A stretch of DNA of 64,000 nucleotides from the IMG/VR virus record IMGVR_UViG_3300006919_000001, positions 1-64,000 of that record; one strand, written 5' to 3'. Positions 46,543 to 56,462 of this stretch are shown one piece after another (position 1 is the first letter of the stretch; every line of letters begins with the position of its first letter). The notes beneath the pieces were generated by a model that worked only from the letters and a program-made list of their open reading frames with translations, was not told the DNA's origin and made no database searches. The translations under genes and the position numbers were made by a program. The DNA is from a virus.

Positions 46543-48372
46543 TTATAATCCGGCTTTTTCTTTCATTTGAGAGAATAAACTCCCCTTGCTTTCTTTTATT
46601 TCAGCAACCGCTTTGGCTGCAGGATTAAAAGAAGATGCAGTATTTTTGTAAATTCCATCAATAGCCTGTGTAGCTAAATCCTCGAACTTACTTGCATTGA
46701 CAAGCTTTGCTTCGACCTCTTTTGCTTTAGCTTCTGCTTCGGTTGCCCTAGCTTCTGCCTCAACATTCTTAGCCTCTAACTTAGCCATCCTGTCAACAAG
46801 CGCTTGATACTTATCCTCAACCTCAATAGCCTCTGGTTCAACCTCTGGACTCATAGCCTCTGGTTCAACATCGGGAGCTACCTCAGCTACAGTTTCAGTT
46901 GTTGTCTTAGTTTCTGCTACCTCTACAACTTTTGCAGGCATAGCATCTTTTGCCTTTACCGGCTCTTCAGTTGGAGCCACTATTGGCTCACCTGCTGGTG
47001 CTGGGCCTTCATTGAATTCTGCCATCGGAGCTTCCTTCTCTGGAGCCTCAATTATAGATTCTACGATTCCCGGCTCTTCGATTGCTGGCTCAATTACTGT
47101 TTCTCCCTCTGGAGTTTCAGTTACTTCTTCGCTTTCTGGGGCCACTTCAACATCTCTATTGATGTCTTCGATGATACCGCCTTTAACGATAAGTTTAGCT
47201 CCATCAGATAATGTAATTTCACCTTCATCAATATTCACTCTGTCACCTACTTTGTAAGTAGAAGGGTCAGCTTGATATATTTCAATCTGTGAACCATCGT
47301 TAGTATGATAAAGCTGATTTACTACATCTGACTTGTTTACAGCTGCAATTACTCTATTGAGCATGTTAAATGTCTTTGACATATTAATCTCAGTTTTAAT
47401 ATTAACGGCCATTTGAAATGACCTCTTTTTTATATCTATCACAGTATCTGCAAATCCATTTTTGACGGATTCATCTGGTGATAAATATGTTTCATTGTCC
47501 ATTAGGGACTTTATTTGTTCTTTGTCTAATCCAGTAAATACTTGATATAAATCATACATCATACCTTCTAAACTTCTCAGTTCATTAACGTATTTTTGTA
47601 AATCATTTGCATTCGCATATTCTATTTCTGGTACCATTGGATTGTGTACCATTACTTCTCCATGCTTACTGATAAATCTCATATCAGCTGATAGCATAAT
47701 TAGTGAAGCTATTGAATAAGCATTTGCAACTACTACTGTAACTATTTCCTTACCCTGTTGTGATAGCATGTCTAACCATACCATAATTTCTAATCCTTCG
47801 GAGACACTCCCTCCCGGACTTGCAATTTCAACAACTAAAGTATCAAAAGAACTTAAATCTCCAGCTTGGTCTTTTAGAGATTGTAAGGTTTTACCCTCAA
47901 CAACTTCTCCAAACATTTGGATAGTTTTAATTCTAGCTTCTTCCGCCATATCTATATTTTTATTTATTGGATGAATTGTTTTCTCACCATCATTAAGCCA
48001 ATTTCTAAAATTACCTAATGAGTATGTTTTTATATTTCCTAATCCTTTCCAACCATCTTCATAGTTATCATAATAAGCCTTAGTTGCACTCTCTACATTC
48101 TCAAAGCCAAACATTACTTTATGCTCATCAAATATATTAGTTCCATCTTGTACTTGATTAATTACGAATACATTAAAATTTGATTCTGTATTTGGACCTA
48201 TAAATACATCCACTTCATCTCCATCTGAGCCCTTAGAGCCCTCAAAAAATCCGTATTGATGTTTCATCTCAGTACTCCATTCAGTACCATCAGAGCTAGT
48301 CCCTTTGCGTATAGAGCCAACTATGTTCTCAATGACTATAGAGAAACCTTTTATTTTCTTTATATTTTTCAT
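46543..48372 (-). CDS. fusion: inorganic-pyrophosphatase-like (InPase) domain, ClpP-type prohead protease and scaffold
   Basis: IENIVGSIR...YG...GSDGDEVDVFIG...FDEHKVMFGF; SPGGSV, AYSIAS, MVHNP, ETYL; acidic Pro-rich coiled-coil tail. Confidence 0.82.
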   Translation of the reverse strand: MKNIKKIKGFSIVIENIVGSIRKGTSSDGTEWSTEMKHQYGFFEGSKGSDGDEVDVFIGPNTESNFNVFVINQVQDGTNIFDEHKVMFGFENVESATKAYYDNYEDGWKGLGNIKTYSLGNFRNWLNDGEKTIHPINKNIDMAEEARIKTIQMFGEVVEGKTLQSLKDQAGDLSSFDTLVVEIASPGGSVSEGLEIMVWLDMLSQQGKEIVTVVVANAYSIASLIMLSADMRFISKHGEVMVHNPMVPEIEYANANDLQKYVNELRSLEGMMYDLYQVFTGLDKEQIKSLMDNETYLSPDESVKNGFADTVIDIKKRSFQMAVNIKTEINMSKTFNMLNRVIAAVNKSDVVNQLYHTNDGSQIEIYQADPSTYKVGDRVNIDEGEITLSDGAKLIVKGGIIEDINRDVEVAPESEEVTETPEGETVIEPAIEEPGIVESIIEAPEKEAPMAEFNEGPAPAGEPIVAPTEEPVKAKDAMPAKVVEVAETKTTTETVAEVAPDVEPEAMSPEVEPEAIEVEDKYQALVDRMAKLEAKNVEAEARATEAEAKAKEVEAKLVNASKFEDLATQAIDGIYKNTASSFNPAAKAVAEIKESKGSLFSQMKEKAGL

Positions 48373-50519
48373 TAATCCATTGTTGTTTGCCCTTCCACGA
48401 AATTAACTTGGTCTTGGAAATCATTATACGCCCCTTCTGAGAATACTACATTCCCTCCAGAACTTCCTGATACATTATTAGAAGCTGCAGCCGTTGCTGA
48501 ATTTTCTAAGGCAGTTTCTGCACCCAAATTGGCTGCGTTGTTTGCCGATAAATCTCCAACTGCTGTAGCTGATACTCCTTGAGGGGCTGCGATTGTTCCA
48601 CCTCCACCACCAGAGCCTCTTCCTCCAGCTCTACCTTTCATTTTTGTTTTCTTTATAGTAGACAAACTCTTAGCTATTGGAGCTAGTACCATTGCTGTCC
48701 CAACTGCTCCATGTAAAGCAATTTGCGGAATTGTTTTTTTATCTGCAGCTCGAGCCCAAACTGCGCCTATTGCTTCCGGTGCTTTAATTAAGGCCAATGC
48801 AATTGCAGCTTCCTTACTTACTCCGAAGGCTTCAGCTGCCATAGCTATACCAGATTCTAACATTGCATTGTCACTTGCTTTAGACCTTTTAACTGCCTCT
48901 GCCTGTAACTTGTCCGTTACATTCTGGTAGTTCTTTTCTATCGCTTCTTTTTCTAATGCAGTTAATCCTAGTTGTTCTAATTCTTGGTCTCTTTTTCGTA
49001 TTAAGAAATCGAGTTCTTCTTGGAGAGTTAATTCTCCAGATTCTCTTTTTCTTTCTATTTCTAAAAGGTCAATTTCATTCCTAGCCTCTCTATCTTTTTC
49101 AGCATTCTCTGCAAGTAATTGCCTTTCAACTTCTGCCTCGTCTGCTTCTCTTTGTTTCTTCTGTTTTTCTATTTCAGCAAATGCTGCTTGTTGTTCTTGA
49201 AAACCTTTGATTTCTTTGGCCCTTGCGTCCATAGCAGCTTTTTCTAACTTTGCTGCTTCTGCTTCTTTCTTTTTATTTTCGGTTCTAATTTGACCATTGA
49301 CTCTCTTATTTTCAGATTCAATCTGTCTAGCTAGGTTTAATCTTGCAGTTTGTTGATTATTTACCGCTGCGATTGCCTCAGCCTCTGCATCTAAATTTTC
49401 TTTATTGGAGCGACTAAATGTATTCTCTAAGCTTTGGGCATCTCTTCTTAATTCTAAAGATTTCAATTCTTTTGCTAATAATTGGTCTCCAATATCTAAA
49501 GCTTCCTGTAAGAAAACTTTTCTTTCTGCTGCTGAGAATTTTTCCTCTTGTTTTGCCTTTAATCTTAAGTCCGCTATTTTCGCATCTAGAACTGAACGTT
49601 CGACCTTTAATTTACGGTCTATACGGTCAGCCTTAGCTCTCATGTCAGCCACTTCGCCTGCAGCCTCAGCTTCCTTTTCTTGTTCTTTTATAAATTCACC
49701 TAATGCATTTTTGGCTCCATCTATTGAATCCGTAACACTGTCAACGCCTAGGGCAACTTTACCCATTGCATCTAAAGCTACTTTACCAGCTTCTGCAAAT
49801 TTACCTTTAAATACTAATGATATTGCACTACCTAATTTTGGAATGATTTCTATTAGTCCATCTATCCTATTTGAGATATTTGTTTTTATAAAGTTTCCAA
49901 AACTTTCTAGAGCTTCTCTTGGATTTGTAAACATCCAAACTAAAGCTTCAGCTACTTCAGCAACTAAATCCATAAGGTTTCCTAATAGAGCACTCGCAAC
50001 TCCCATTGCTTTATTCCATTTGTCTTGACCTTCTTCACTAGATGTGAATGCTTCTTTTAATAGTTTGAATAGTCCAACTAAAAGTGTAATCATTAAAACA
50101 ATTGGATTTGCAGCCAGAGCTTTGAATGAAGTTATCATTCCACCAGTTGCATTGTCCAATTTATTAACGGCTCCTTGTTGGGCGTTATATGATTTCCTTA
50201 AAGAATTAGACTGCTTTATTAATGCGGTCTCCTGCTTTGTTGCTTTTAATTTTGTGTTAGTTAATTTTTTGGATGCTTGGTCCAATTCCTTTTCCTTACC
50301 TACAACACCAGTTAATGCTTTTACCTCATTTTCTAATCCGGCTATTGTTTGCTTATTAAGCTTTTCCTGAATTTCAGTTTGCTTATTTTTTGCGGAAATT
50401 CTTTCTTCTAAAGTCTTGGTACTATCTGACGCAACAGCATTTAATTTAACAATCTCTTGTTGTGCCTGCGAAGCGTCTAAGATGACCTTAGTTTCAATTG
50501 TATTATTTTCTGTTGCCAT
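48372..50519 (-). CDS. tape measure protein
   Basis: Ala/Lys/Glu-rich coiled coil, ALAANPI plus hydrophobic segment. Confidence 0.75.
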   Translation of the reverse strand: MATENNTIETKVILDASQAQQEIVKLNAVASDSTKTLEERISAKNKQTEIQEKLNKQTIAGLENEVKALTGVVGKEKELDQASKKLTNTKLKATKQETALIKQSNSLRKSYNAQQGAVNKLDNATGGMITSFKALAANPIVLMITLLVGLFKLLKEAFTSSEEGQDKWNKAMGVASALLGNLMDLVAEVAEALVWMFTNPREALESFGNFIKTNISNRIDGLIEIIPKLGSAISLVFKGKFAEAGKVALDAMGKVALGVDSVTDSIDGAKNALGEFIKEQEKEAEAAGEVADMRAKADRIDRKLKVERSVLDAKIADLRLKAKQEEKFSAAERKVFLQEALDIGDQLLAKELKSLELRRDAQSLENTFSRSNKENLDAEAEAIAAVNNQQTARLNLARQIESENKRVNGQIRTENKKKEAEAAKLEKAAMDARAKEIKGFQEQQAAFAEIEKQKKQREADEAEVERQLLAENAEKDREARNEIDLLEIERKRESGELTLQEELDFLIRKRDQELEQLGLTALEKEAIEKNYQNVTDKLQAEAVKRSKASDNAMLESGIAMAAEAFGVSKEAAIALALIKAPEAIGAVWARAADKKTIPQIALHGAVGTAMVLAPIAKSLSTIKKTKMKGRAGGRGSGGGGGTIAAPQGVSATAVGDLSANNAANLGAETALENSATAAASNNVSGSSGGNVVFSEGAYNDFQDQVNFVEGQTTMD

Positions 50520-50535
50520 TTATTTATTGTTTATT

Positions 50536-50564
50536 AAAACTAGCCTAAATAAAGTCTAGGCTAG
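50536..50564 (-). terminator. probable terminator
   Basis: CTAGCCTA...TAGGCTAG hairpin with T-run on minus strand. Confidence 0.55.
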
Positions 50565-50579
50565 CTCTATGTGTTATGT

Positions 50580-53372
50580 TTATGATACTATCCAACCTCC
50601 ACCTGGTGGAACTGCTGAATCAGCTTCATTAGTTTTCAATACTACTTTGTGAAATCCTGTGTTTTGGAAATCTACTAATACAGTTCCCGTACTTGGAGAA
50701 ACTGGAAAAGCCACTGAATATAGTGGTCCTAATGCTACATCATTTGTATTGTCCCATTTCTGGAATTCAAATGTTGCAAAAGTTGGAGTATTATTGAAAT
50801 CTGTATATGTATAAGTTACATTAACAAACTCTGTATCAGTCCCCATTTGATTTGGAGATATCGTTACCGTTGCCGGAGTTGTATCTGGCCCATAGTATAG
50901 AGTTATCTCATTAGATTCTAATCCTCCATCATCAGTTACTTTTAATACGTACCATCCAGCATCACTGCCTATTGGGTCTGCATTTAACCAAGATTGTTGA
51001 TTGTCAATATATGGTGGAAATGAAAGCGTTGAATTATATTGAAATCCAGTTGGAGTTCCTCCGGTTGCTGGATTATCTGAATACTTGATTCTTGTTAGAG
51101 TCGCTGCATTCGGTGTATAATATTTAAAAGTTGCTTCACTTACCATATTCCAGAAATCAAATCCAACATAAGGCTCTTCAACCCTACCAGATAATCTAAT
51201 TTCAGCTGCTGGGGGAATTATATCCTCATTGTTTAAATTAGCTATTAATTTAATAAGACTAACTGAAGTTGGCGTTGAAGAATTTTCATATTCTGAAATT
51301 TCCTCTATTATATAAAAGCCTCCAAGTTCACCTATATAAATTGGTTCGCTTAAATCTATGTTTTTAATTATTGGTGCCGGCAATAAGAAGTCTTGTTTCA
51401 CTCTAACCGCATTGTCAACTAACCTATACCATTCAGTAACTCCTTGAGGAATCGTTGCATAATTTACATTTGCCATTAATGGAAGTCCGGTGAAGTCTCC
51501 TTGTATTGAACCATCAGCTCTTTGTTGAGATAATACCCCAGCAAGTGCGCCCCTATATTGAATTAACCCAAGTCCTTTATTTGTAAATTCAGTATACGGA
51601 GAAATGGTGTTTCTCACATTGACAACTTGCTCTACATCTTTAAAGTTTTTATTATAATCTTCGGCTGTTGCCTTGTATCTATTTTCTTGACCTTGATTTA
51701 CTAAATTGTATTTGAATGTATTTCCCAAATATGGGTCATTTAATCCAATTGAATTTATCTTACCATATTCATTTCCAAAATTAGTCTTCCACGTTGGGGG
51801 ATTATATTTTAGTAAATATTCATCCCATACTCCATAATTACCATTGTCTTGCTGCGTTTCATATTGACCGTATGTGAAGAACTTAATAACTTTTGTGTCG
51901 TTATTTATATCCATCAAAATACCTTCTTTATGCATTAAGCTTGTAAGTAATGTTTTTAAAGATTCTGTTGGTGCTCCAAATGTTAAATCCGCTGTGTTGG
52001 GTAAAAATTGTCCAAACTCATCAAATGCTATTACATCTACAGGTAATATTACCTCTATTGCTCTCATTGAACTCAATAGGGTATTATATGAATAAAGTTG
52101 GTTTTGTCTATATCCAATTTGCATACCGATAAAGGCTCCGACACCTGCTGGTGCTAGATTTATTATACTTTTATTTACATTCAATTCTATATCAAACTCT
52201 CTCGCTGGGTCAACGTTTAATTCAATTACTCCAGCTGGAAATTCATTTGGGTCTCCTATTGGTAAACCACTTGAATAATAAGTAGATACTATAGGGTCTC
52301 CTTGAACTAGCGGATGCCAATACAATATAACTCTAACTCTAACATTAGAATGAGCATCTGGACTTACATTAAATTGAAAATCAATTTCTCCAGCATTACC
52401 AGATTCTAAATTTGGAACAAACACATAGTTACCATTAAGTGATGGATTGTCCTCTAATATTGGGTTGTTTACCCAATTAGAATAATCGGCCGGATTTACC
52501 GAAACTGATTGTGGAAAAATCATCAATGAAGATGTGGCCCTAAGAACTACTGATACGGCCTCTGCCCAAAATTCTCCGACTTGTTCAATTACTTCATGTG
52601 GTACGGTTTCAAAAACCGAATCACTATCTTCATTGTCCTTATTGCTTGAACCAACCATGTATGTCGATTCAATAGTCGCCCAATCTACTGACGGGTCATA
52701 TATTGCCGTGTATCCAAATCTTTCAGTTGCTAAATCAAATAATGACATAGCATTAAAGACTGGTCTAGATTGATATGGATTAAACACATTATCTACTCTA
52801 ATTCCAGCATTGTTTTGTTGAAATTGGTCACCTATAACATTCAAGTTATTTGGAAATAAACATAAATTATACCCTCTAGTTCCAACTTCAGTAAGCGGAG
52901 TTAATACTGCATTTGTTGGCAATGAATATCCACGTAGTTCAGCTATTGAAGCTGCGTAATCCGCTGGAATGTCATATGCTATATTTAATAATAATTCTTT
53001 ATAAGTTATTGAGCTCCACCTTGAAATTACATCAAAGGCTTCATCTACAAAATTTACATTTATATCACCACGTAAAGTATTATTGATTAATAAAAATCCA
53101 ACCTTTATAAGTTGGTCATTTATAAAATATTTAGCATTATATTTACTATTCAAAGACCTTGCCAGTTGAGATTGATTAAATACATTAATCCCTAATGCAT
53201 TTATATTCTTCCAAGTATTTGGAAGTGAAAATGTATTACTTCCTCCAATTTGCCTATTCTTTGTTTCTCCTATTTTATTAACTCTTGCATTATACTTAAC
53301 GGACTTAGAATCTCTGAATTCGAGTTCCACCCAGTTCCCGTTTTTTAATATTTCGATTCTGTCTGCATTCAT
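50580..53372 (-). CDS. large tail (hub/tip) protein
   Basis: 930 aa, SNTFSLP..N N-terminal motif, DLSEPIYIGELGGFY; adjacent to tape measure. Confidence 0.6.
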   Translation of the reverse strand: MNADRIEILKNGNWVELEFRDSKSVKYNARVNKIGETKNRQIGGSNTFSLPNTWKNINALGINVFNQSQLARSLNSKYNAKYFINDQLIKVGFLLINNTLRGDINVNFVDEAFDVISRWSSITYKELLLNIAYDIPADYAASIAELRGYSLPTNAVLTPLTEVGTRGYNLCLFPNNLNVIGDQFQQNNAGIRVDNVFNPYQSRPVFNAMSLFDLATERFGYTAIYDPSVDWATIESTYMVGSSNKDNEDSDSVFETVPHEVIEQVGEFWAEAVSVVLRATSSLMIFPQSVSVNPADYSNWVNNPILEDNPSLNGNYVFVPNLESGNAGEIDFQFNVSPDAHSNVRVRVILYWHPLVQGDPIVSTYYSSGLPIGDPNEFPAGVIELNVDPAREFDIELNVNKSIINLAPAGVGAFIGMQIGYRQNQLYSYNTLLSSMRAIEVILPVDVIAFDEFGQFLPNTADLTFGAPTESLKTLLTSLMHKEGILMDINNDTKVIKFFTYGQYETQQDNGNYGVWDEYLLKYNPPTWKTNFGNEYGKINSIGLNDPYLGNTFKYNLVNQGQENRYKATAEDYNKNFKDVEQVVNVRNTISPYTEFTNKGLGLIQYRGALAGVLSQQRADGSIQGDFTGLPLMANVNYATIPQGVTEWYRLVDNAVRVKQDFLLPAPIIKNIDLSEPIYIGELGGFYIIEEISEYENSSTPTSVSLIKLIANLNNEDIIPPAAEIRLSGRVEEPYVGFDFWNMVSEATFKYYTPNAATLTRIKYSDNPATGGTPTGFQYNSTLSFPPYIDNQQSWLNADPIGSDAGWYVLKVTDDGGLESNEITLYYGPDTTPATVTISPNQMGTDTEFVNVTYTYTDFNNTPTFATFEFQKWDNTNDVALGPLYSVAFPVSPSTGTVLVDFQNTGFHKVVLKTNEADSAVPPGGGWIVS

Positions 53373-53373
53373 A

Positions 53374-54381
53374 TTATCTTGTTTTTTGTTTTGTTTCTGA
53401 AATACTCTTCATTGATACTGAAAAATCCCCACCGCTTGACAAAGAAGTTATTGGAGTCGATGAACTAGTTTTTCTAACTAATTCTAATGGACTAGTAACA
53501 GTTCTTTTATAGTATAGTGCAGGTGTCGAGTGAATACCACTAACAGCCATTAAGTCTTCCTTAGAAAGAGATAATGCTTTTGTTGAGATTGTATACGAAG
53601 ACATAACCTCAGTGTAGTTAACTCCAATGTATGGAGAACCATTTATTTCTTCAGTTGATTTAAACATACCTGATGATATGTTTCCACTATATGAACCTGA
53701 TTCCGATTCTGTTGCTATATCCATACCCCAAATCATCCACGACCCAAATCTACTTTTAAATACTAGGAATCCACCATCTGCAGCGCAGCCTTCGTCTTCG
53801 ATATTTGTCGTTATTATTGGCGATGAATCGACGGCAGTTGCTAATGCTAATTGGGAATCAAAAGTTGGATATCCAATCCATCTCCCTTTTAACTGTACCC
53901 CGTAAAGTTCAGCTTCTGTCAATACTTGACTTTCGTCAACTAATGGTACAAAATTCTTAAGAGTCCTGCCCCCTATTATTGGTAATTTTGTAACTATAGT
54001 TTCGGCCACAGTGTAGTCCGTATAAATTCTAAACTCATACTTATATTTTGAAACTACGGATTGCCAACCACTTACACTATCAGTCATCTCAGTAGTAGAT
54101 TGATACTTGTAAACATCTGCATCATGATACTGCCTAGCTAGCTCCATTAAGTCTACACTTAAAGCTACTCCAGAATTAATGTCATAGATTGCATACTTTG
54201 ATTCAAAAGCTACTTGAACAGAACTATCCGTTGTGTCTATTATACTAATGTCTATAAAGAATAAAGTTGATAGTGGATTGTCATCCAATAAAACTACCCT
54301 TAGGGGCTCGAACAAATAACAGTAAGAGCATGCTGGTGTAATTACTTGCCCGGATATTTCCGGATTAATTGTTATTGCCAT
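53374..54381 (-). CDS. virion structural protein (distal-tail-like)
   Basis: context; FKSRFGSW motif. Confidence 0.5.
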   Translation of the reverse strand: MAITINPEISGQVITPACSYCYLFEPLRVVLLDDNPLSTLFFIDISIIDTTDSSVQVAFESKYAIYDINSGVALSVDLMELARQYHDADVYKYQSTTEMTDSVSGWQSVVSKYKYEFRIYTDYTVAETIVTKLPIIGGRTLKNFVPLVDESQVLTEAELYGVQLKGRWIGYPTFDSQLALATAVDSSPIITTNIEDEGCAADGGFLVFKSRFGSWMIWGMDIATESESGSYSGNISSGMFKSTEEINGSPYIGVNYTEVMSSYTISTKALSLSKEDLMAVSGIHSTPALYYKRTVTSPLELVRKTSSSTPITSLSSGGDFSVSMKSISETKQKTR

Positions 54382-54386
54382 TTTAT

Positions 54387-54542
54387 TTATTTTTTAGGTG
54401 ACCAAATATTTCCTGAGAAATTATTTAACCATTGTTTTTTATTATTACACGATACGCAATCTTTTTTACGTTCTGCTGTTTTTGGTAATACGGTTTTGAT
54501 TATGGTCTCAACCATATCGCCAAGTCCTTTTGTATTTTCCAT
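54387..54542 (-). CDS. small Cys-containing phage protein (51 aa, MENTKGLGD...)
   Basis: GLGD...CxxC..KK..LN pattern; below ORF-track cutoff. Confidence 0.6.
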   Translation of the reverse strand: MENTKGLGDMVETIIKTVLPKTAERKKDCVSCNNKKQWLNNFSGNIWSPKK

Positions 54543-54557
54543 ATTATTTTATTTTAG

Positions 54558-54621
54558 TAACTCATAGGGGATTCGAACCCTTCTCTATAATTGTACCACC
54601 TGGCCAGTTGGTGGATGAGTT
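54558..54621 (-). ncRNA. tRNA-like RNA lacking a normal anticodon arm
   Basis: perfect 7-bp acceptor AACTCAT/ATGAGTT, CCACC-AACTGGCCA-GGTGG D-like arm, GGG-TTCGAAT-CCC T arm, only 13 nt between D and T arms. Confidence 0.7.
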
Positions 54622-54707
54622 AAAAGATAATAAGTTTGTATTTCACTTACTACCAACAATTGCCCTCGACTATACTGCATGTAGCAATATATTATCTCGA
54701 AGTACCG

Positions 54708-54938
54708 TTATCTTAAATTAATTATAATTCTACTTACTGTTCTGCTTAAGTGCTGTAGGTACACATTAAATGCGTCCATAACCCTTGATTGACCATCGCC
54801 TTCGAATCTAGTATTTGTTGCGAAATTAATCGTATCTCCAAATCTAATATCTTGACAATCCTGTAAATGTGCTAATAATTCTCCATTGTAATATGAAGTC
54901 ATATCGCTGCTATTAATTATTAATATATCTTTCGTCAT
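54708..54938 (-). CDS. hypothetical protein
   Basis: 76 aa ORF with TAATG coupling to upstream gene. Confidence 0.55.
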   Translation of the reverse strand: MTKDILIINSSDMTSYYNGELLAHLQDCQDIRFGDTINFATNTRFEGDGQSRVMDAFNVYLQHLSRTVSRIIINLR

Positions 54939-55387
54939 TATGCTTTAAATTTTATTTCAGTGGGTAACGCCTTGTCATAAGCTTTATTTACATCTTGAGA
55001 TTGCTTCTCCATGACCTCAACACTTAAAGTTTTAGTGTATTCTCCTACGCTATTATTAATTGCCTCCTGAATTGCATTCGGTGCATTAGGTACCCAATTT
55101 TTGGTTCCCTTTTTTCCAATGCTATTCTGTATTGCAAACGCGGTTCCCATCTCATTTGTACCCTCAAAAATAATTCCCTTGTCTCCAATCCATTCTAAAA
55201 TTGGGTCTAGTGGTGGTTTCTTTCCAGGGCCTCTTCCGTACTTCGCAAATTGTACGTGTGCTGGGGTTAACATTGTGACATTGTCTGAACCTATATTAAT
55301 AACACTTTTGTCAGTTGTGTATTGGTCAAGGTCTTCAGCAATTGCTTTTAGAAATGCCTCTGATAACCTTATGAATATGTCGTTCAT
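54938..55387 (-). CDS. putative neck/tail-completion protein
   Basis: YGRGPGKKPP..PILEW...AFAI..SIGKKGT motif of phage morphogenesis proteins. Confidence 0.55.
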   Translation of the reverse strand: MNDIFIRLSEAFLKAIAEDLDQYTTDKSVINIGSDNVTMLTPAHVQFAKYGRGPGKKPPLDPILEWIGDKGIIFEGTNEMGTAFAIQNSIGKKGTKNWVPNAPNAIQEAINNSVGEYTKTLSVEVMEKQSQDVNKAYDKALPTEIKFKA

Positions 55388-55393
55388 TTTTGG

Positions 55394-55840
55394 TTAGCAG
55401 TTTTTAACCGGGGCTGCCATTGTAAATCTGCCCAATATCCCGGCATGTTTTCCGGCGCCATGCTTTGGTACTAATTTACTTCCAACTGCGGACAAAGGTT
55501 CTCCTGCATAATTAGTAAGAGTTGGAGACAATAGACCCCTCAAGTTTTGGACGAATTGCATATACAAATAATGCATTTCAGTTGCCATGCTTTCAGCTTC
55601 ATCTTTTGTTGTGTCTTCTGGTTTACCCATTAGTAAACAAACCACATCCACGGTTGGGTTGTCTAAGAATCCATGTTCGTTAAAAGTCATTTTAATATCC
55701 ATGTCCCAAGATACCAACATAATTGGCAAATCAGCTTGTGATGTTATTCTATTTAATTGTACTTCTATTTTTTCAGTGGAATTTGTGATTACAGCCGTAA
55801 TTCCAACTGACTCAGCTGCTTCTTTTATTTTTGTAATCAT
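55394..55840 (-). CDS. putative tail terminator/structural protein
   Basis: size and context only. Confidence 0.4.
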   Translation of the reverse strand: MITKIKEAAESVGITAVITNSTEKIEVQLNRITSQADLPIMLVSWDMDIKMTFNEHGFLDNPTVDVVCLLMGKPEDTTKDEAESMATEMHYLYMQFVQNLRGLLSPTLTNYAGEPLSAVGSKLVPKHGAGKHAGILGRFTMAAPVKNC

Positions 55841-55982
55841 TTTTTTGTTTTTATTAAATTAATCCACTCCAATATAATATAAACCCTATGAGATGGGTTG
55901 TCATAGGGTATTTGAATAAATTTGAATCGACATATGCACCATTAAAATACATCAATAATACTATAAGTCTTTCCATTATTTT

Positions 55983-56456
55983 TTATTTTCTAGTTGAGAT
56001 ATTTCTATATTTCTCCATCCCCCTTGAACCAAAATATGCTATGTAAACACCAAGCAATAATGATTTCAAAAGTTCAATCCATTCTGACGGTACTTCAATT
56101 TCCGTGCTGAAAGAATCTAAATAAATTAATACAATTGTTGTAACTGTTAGGAATACTAAACTTAGAGGTCTAACATTTTTTGATAACCAAGAATCTGACA
56201 TCATATCAGAATCCCATCTATCGGTAACGCCTTCCATTTCTGCAATATCAAGTTTCATAACTGTTATTGCAAATTCTCTATCAGCATCCGACATTGAATC
56301 ATCTCCTGCAATTATATCCATTGCACCTTTTATGTTTCCAGTAGAAAGGTTTCCTACAACCCCAGCCACATCTCTAAAATTTATGGAACGTAGGAATTTA
56401 CCTACTGCAGTTCCATCTCCTCCGTTCTTTCTTTTATTCGGGTTAGGTTGTTTCAT
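55983..56456 (-). CDS. 3TM-holin-like membrane protein
   Basis: RWDSDMMSDSWLSKNVRP, TM segments, AYFGSRGMEK. Confidence 0.7.
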   Translation of the reverse strand: MKQPNPNKRKNGGDGTAVGKFLRSINFRDVAGVVGNLSTGNIKGAMDIIAGDDSMSDADREFAITVMKLDIAEMEGVTDRWDSDMMSDSWLSKNVRPLSLVFLTVTTIVLIYLDSFSTEIEVPSEWIELLKSLLLGVYIAYFGSRGMEKYRNISTRK

Positions 56457-56462
56457 ATTTTT

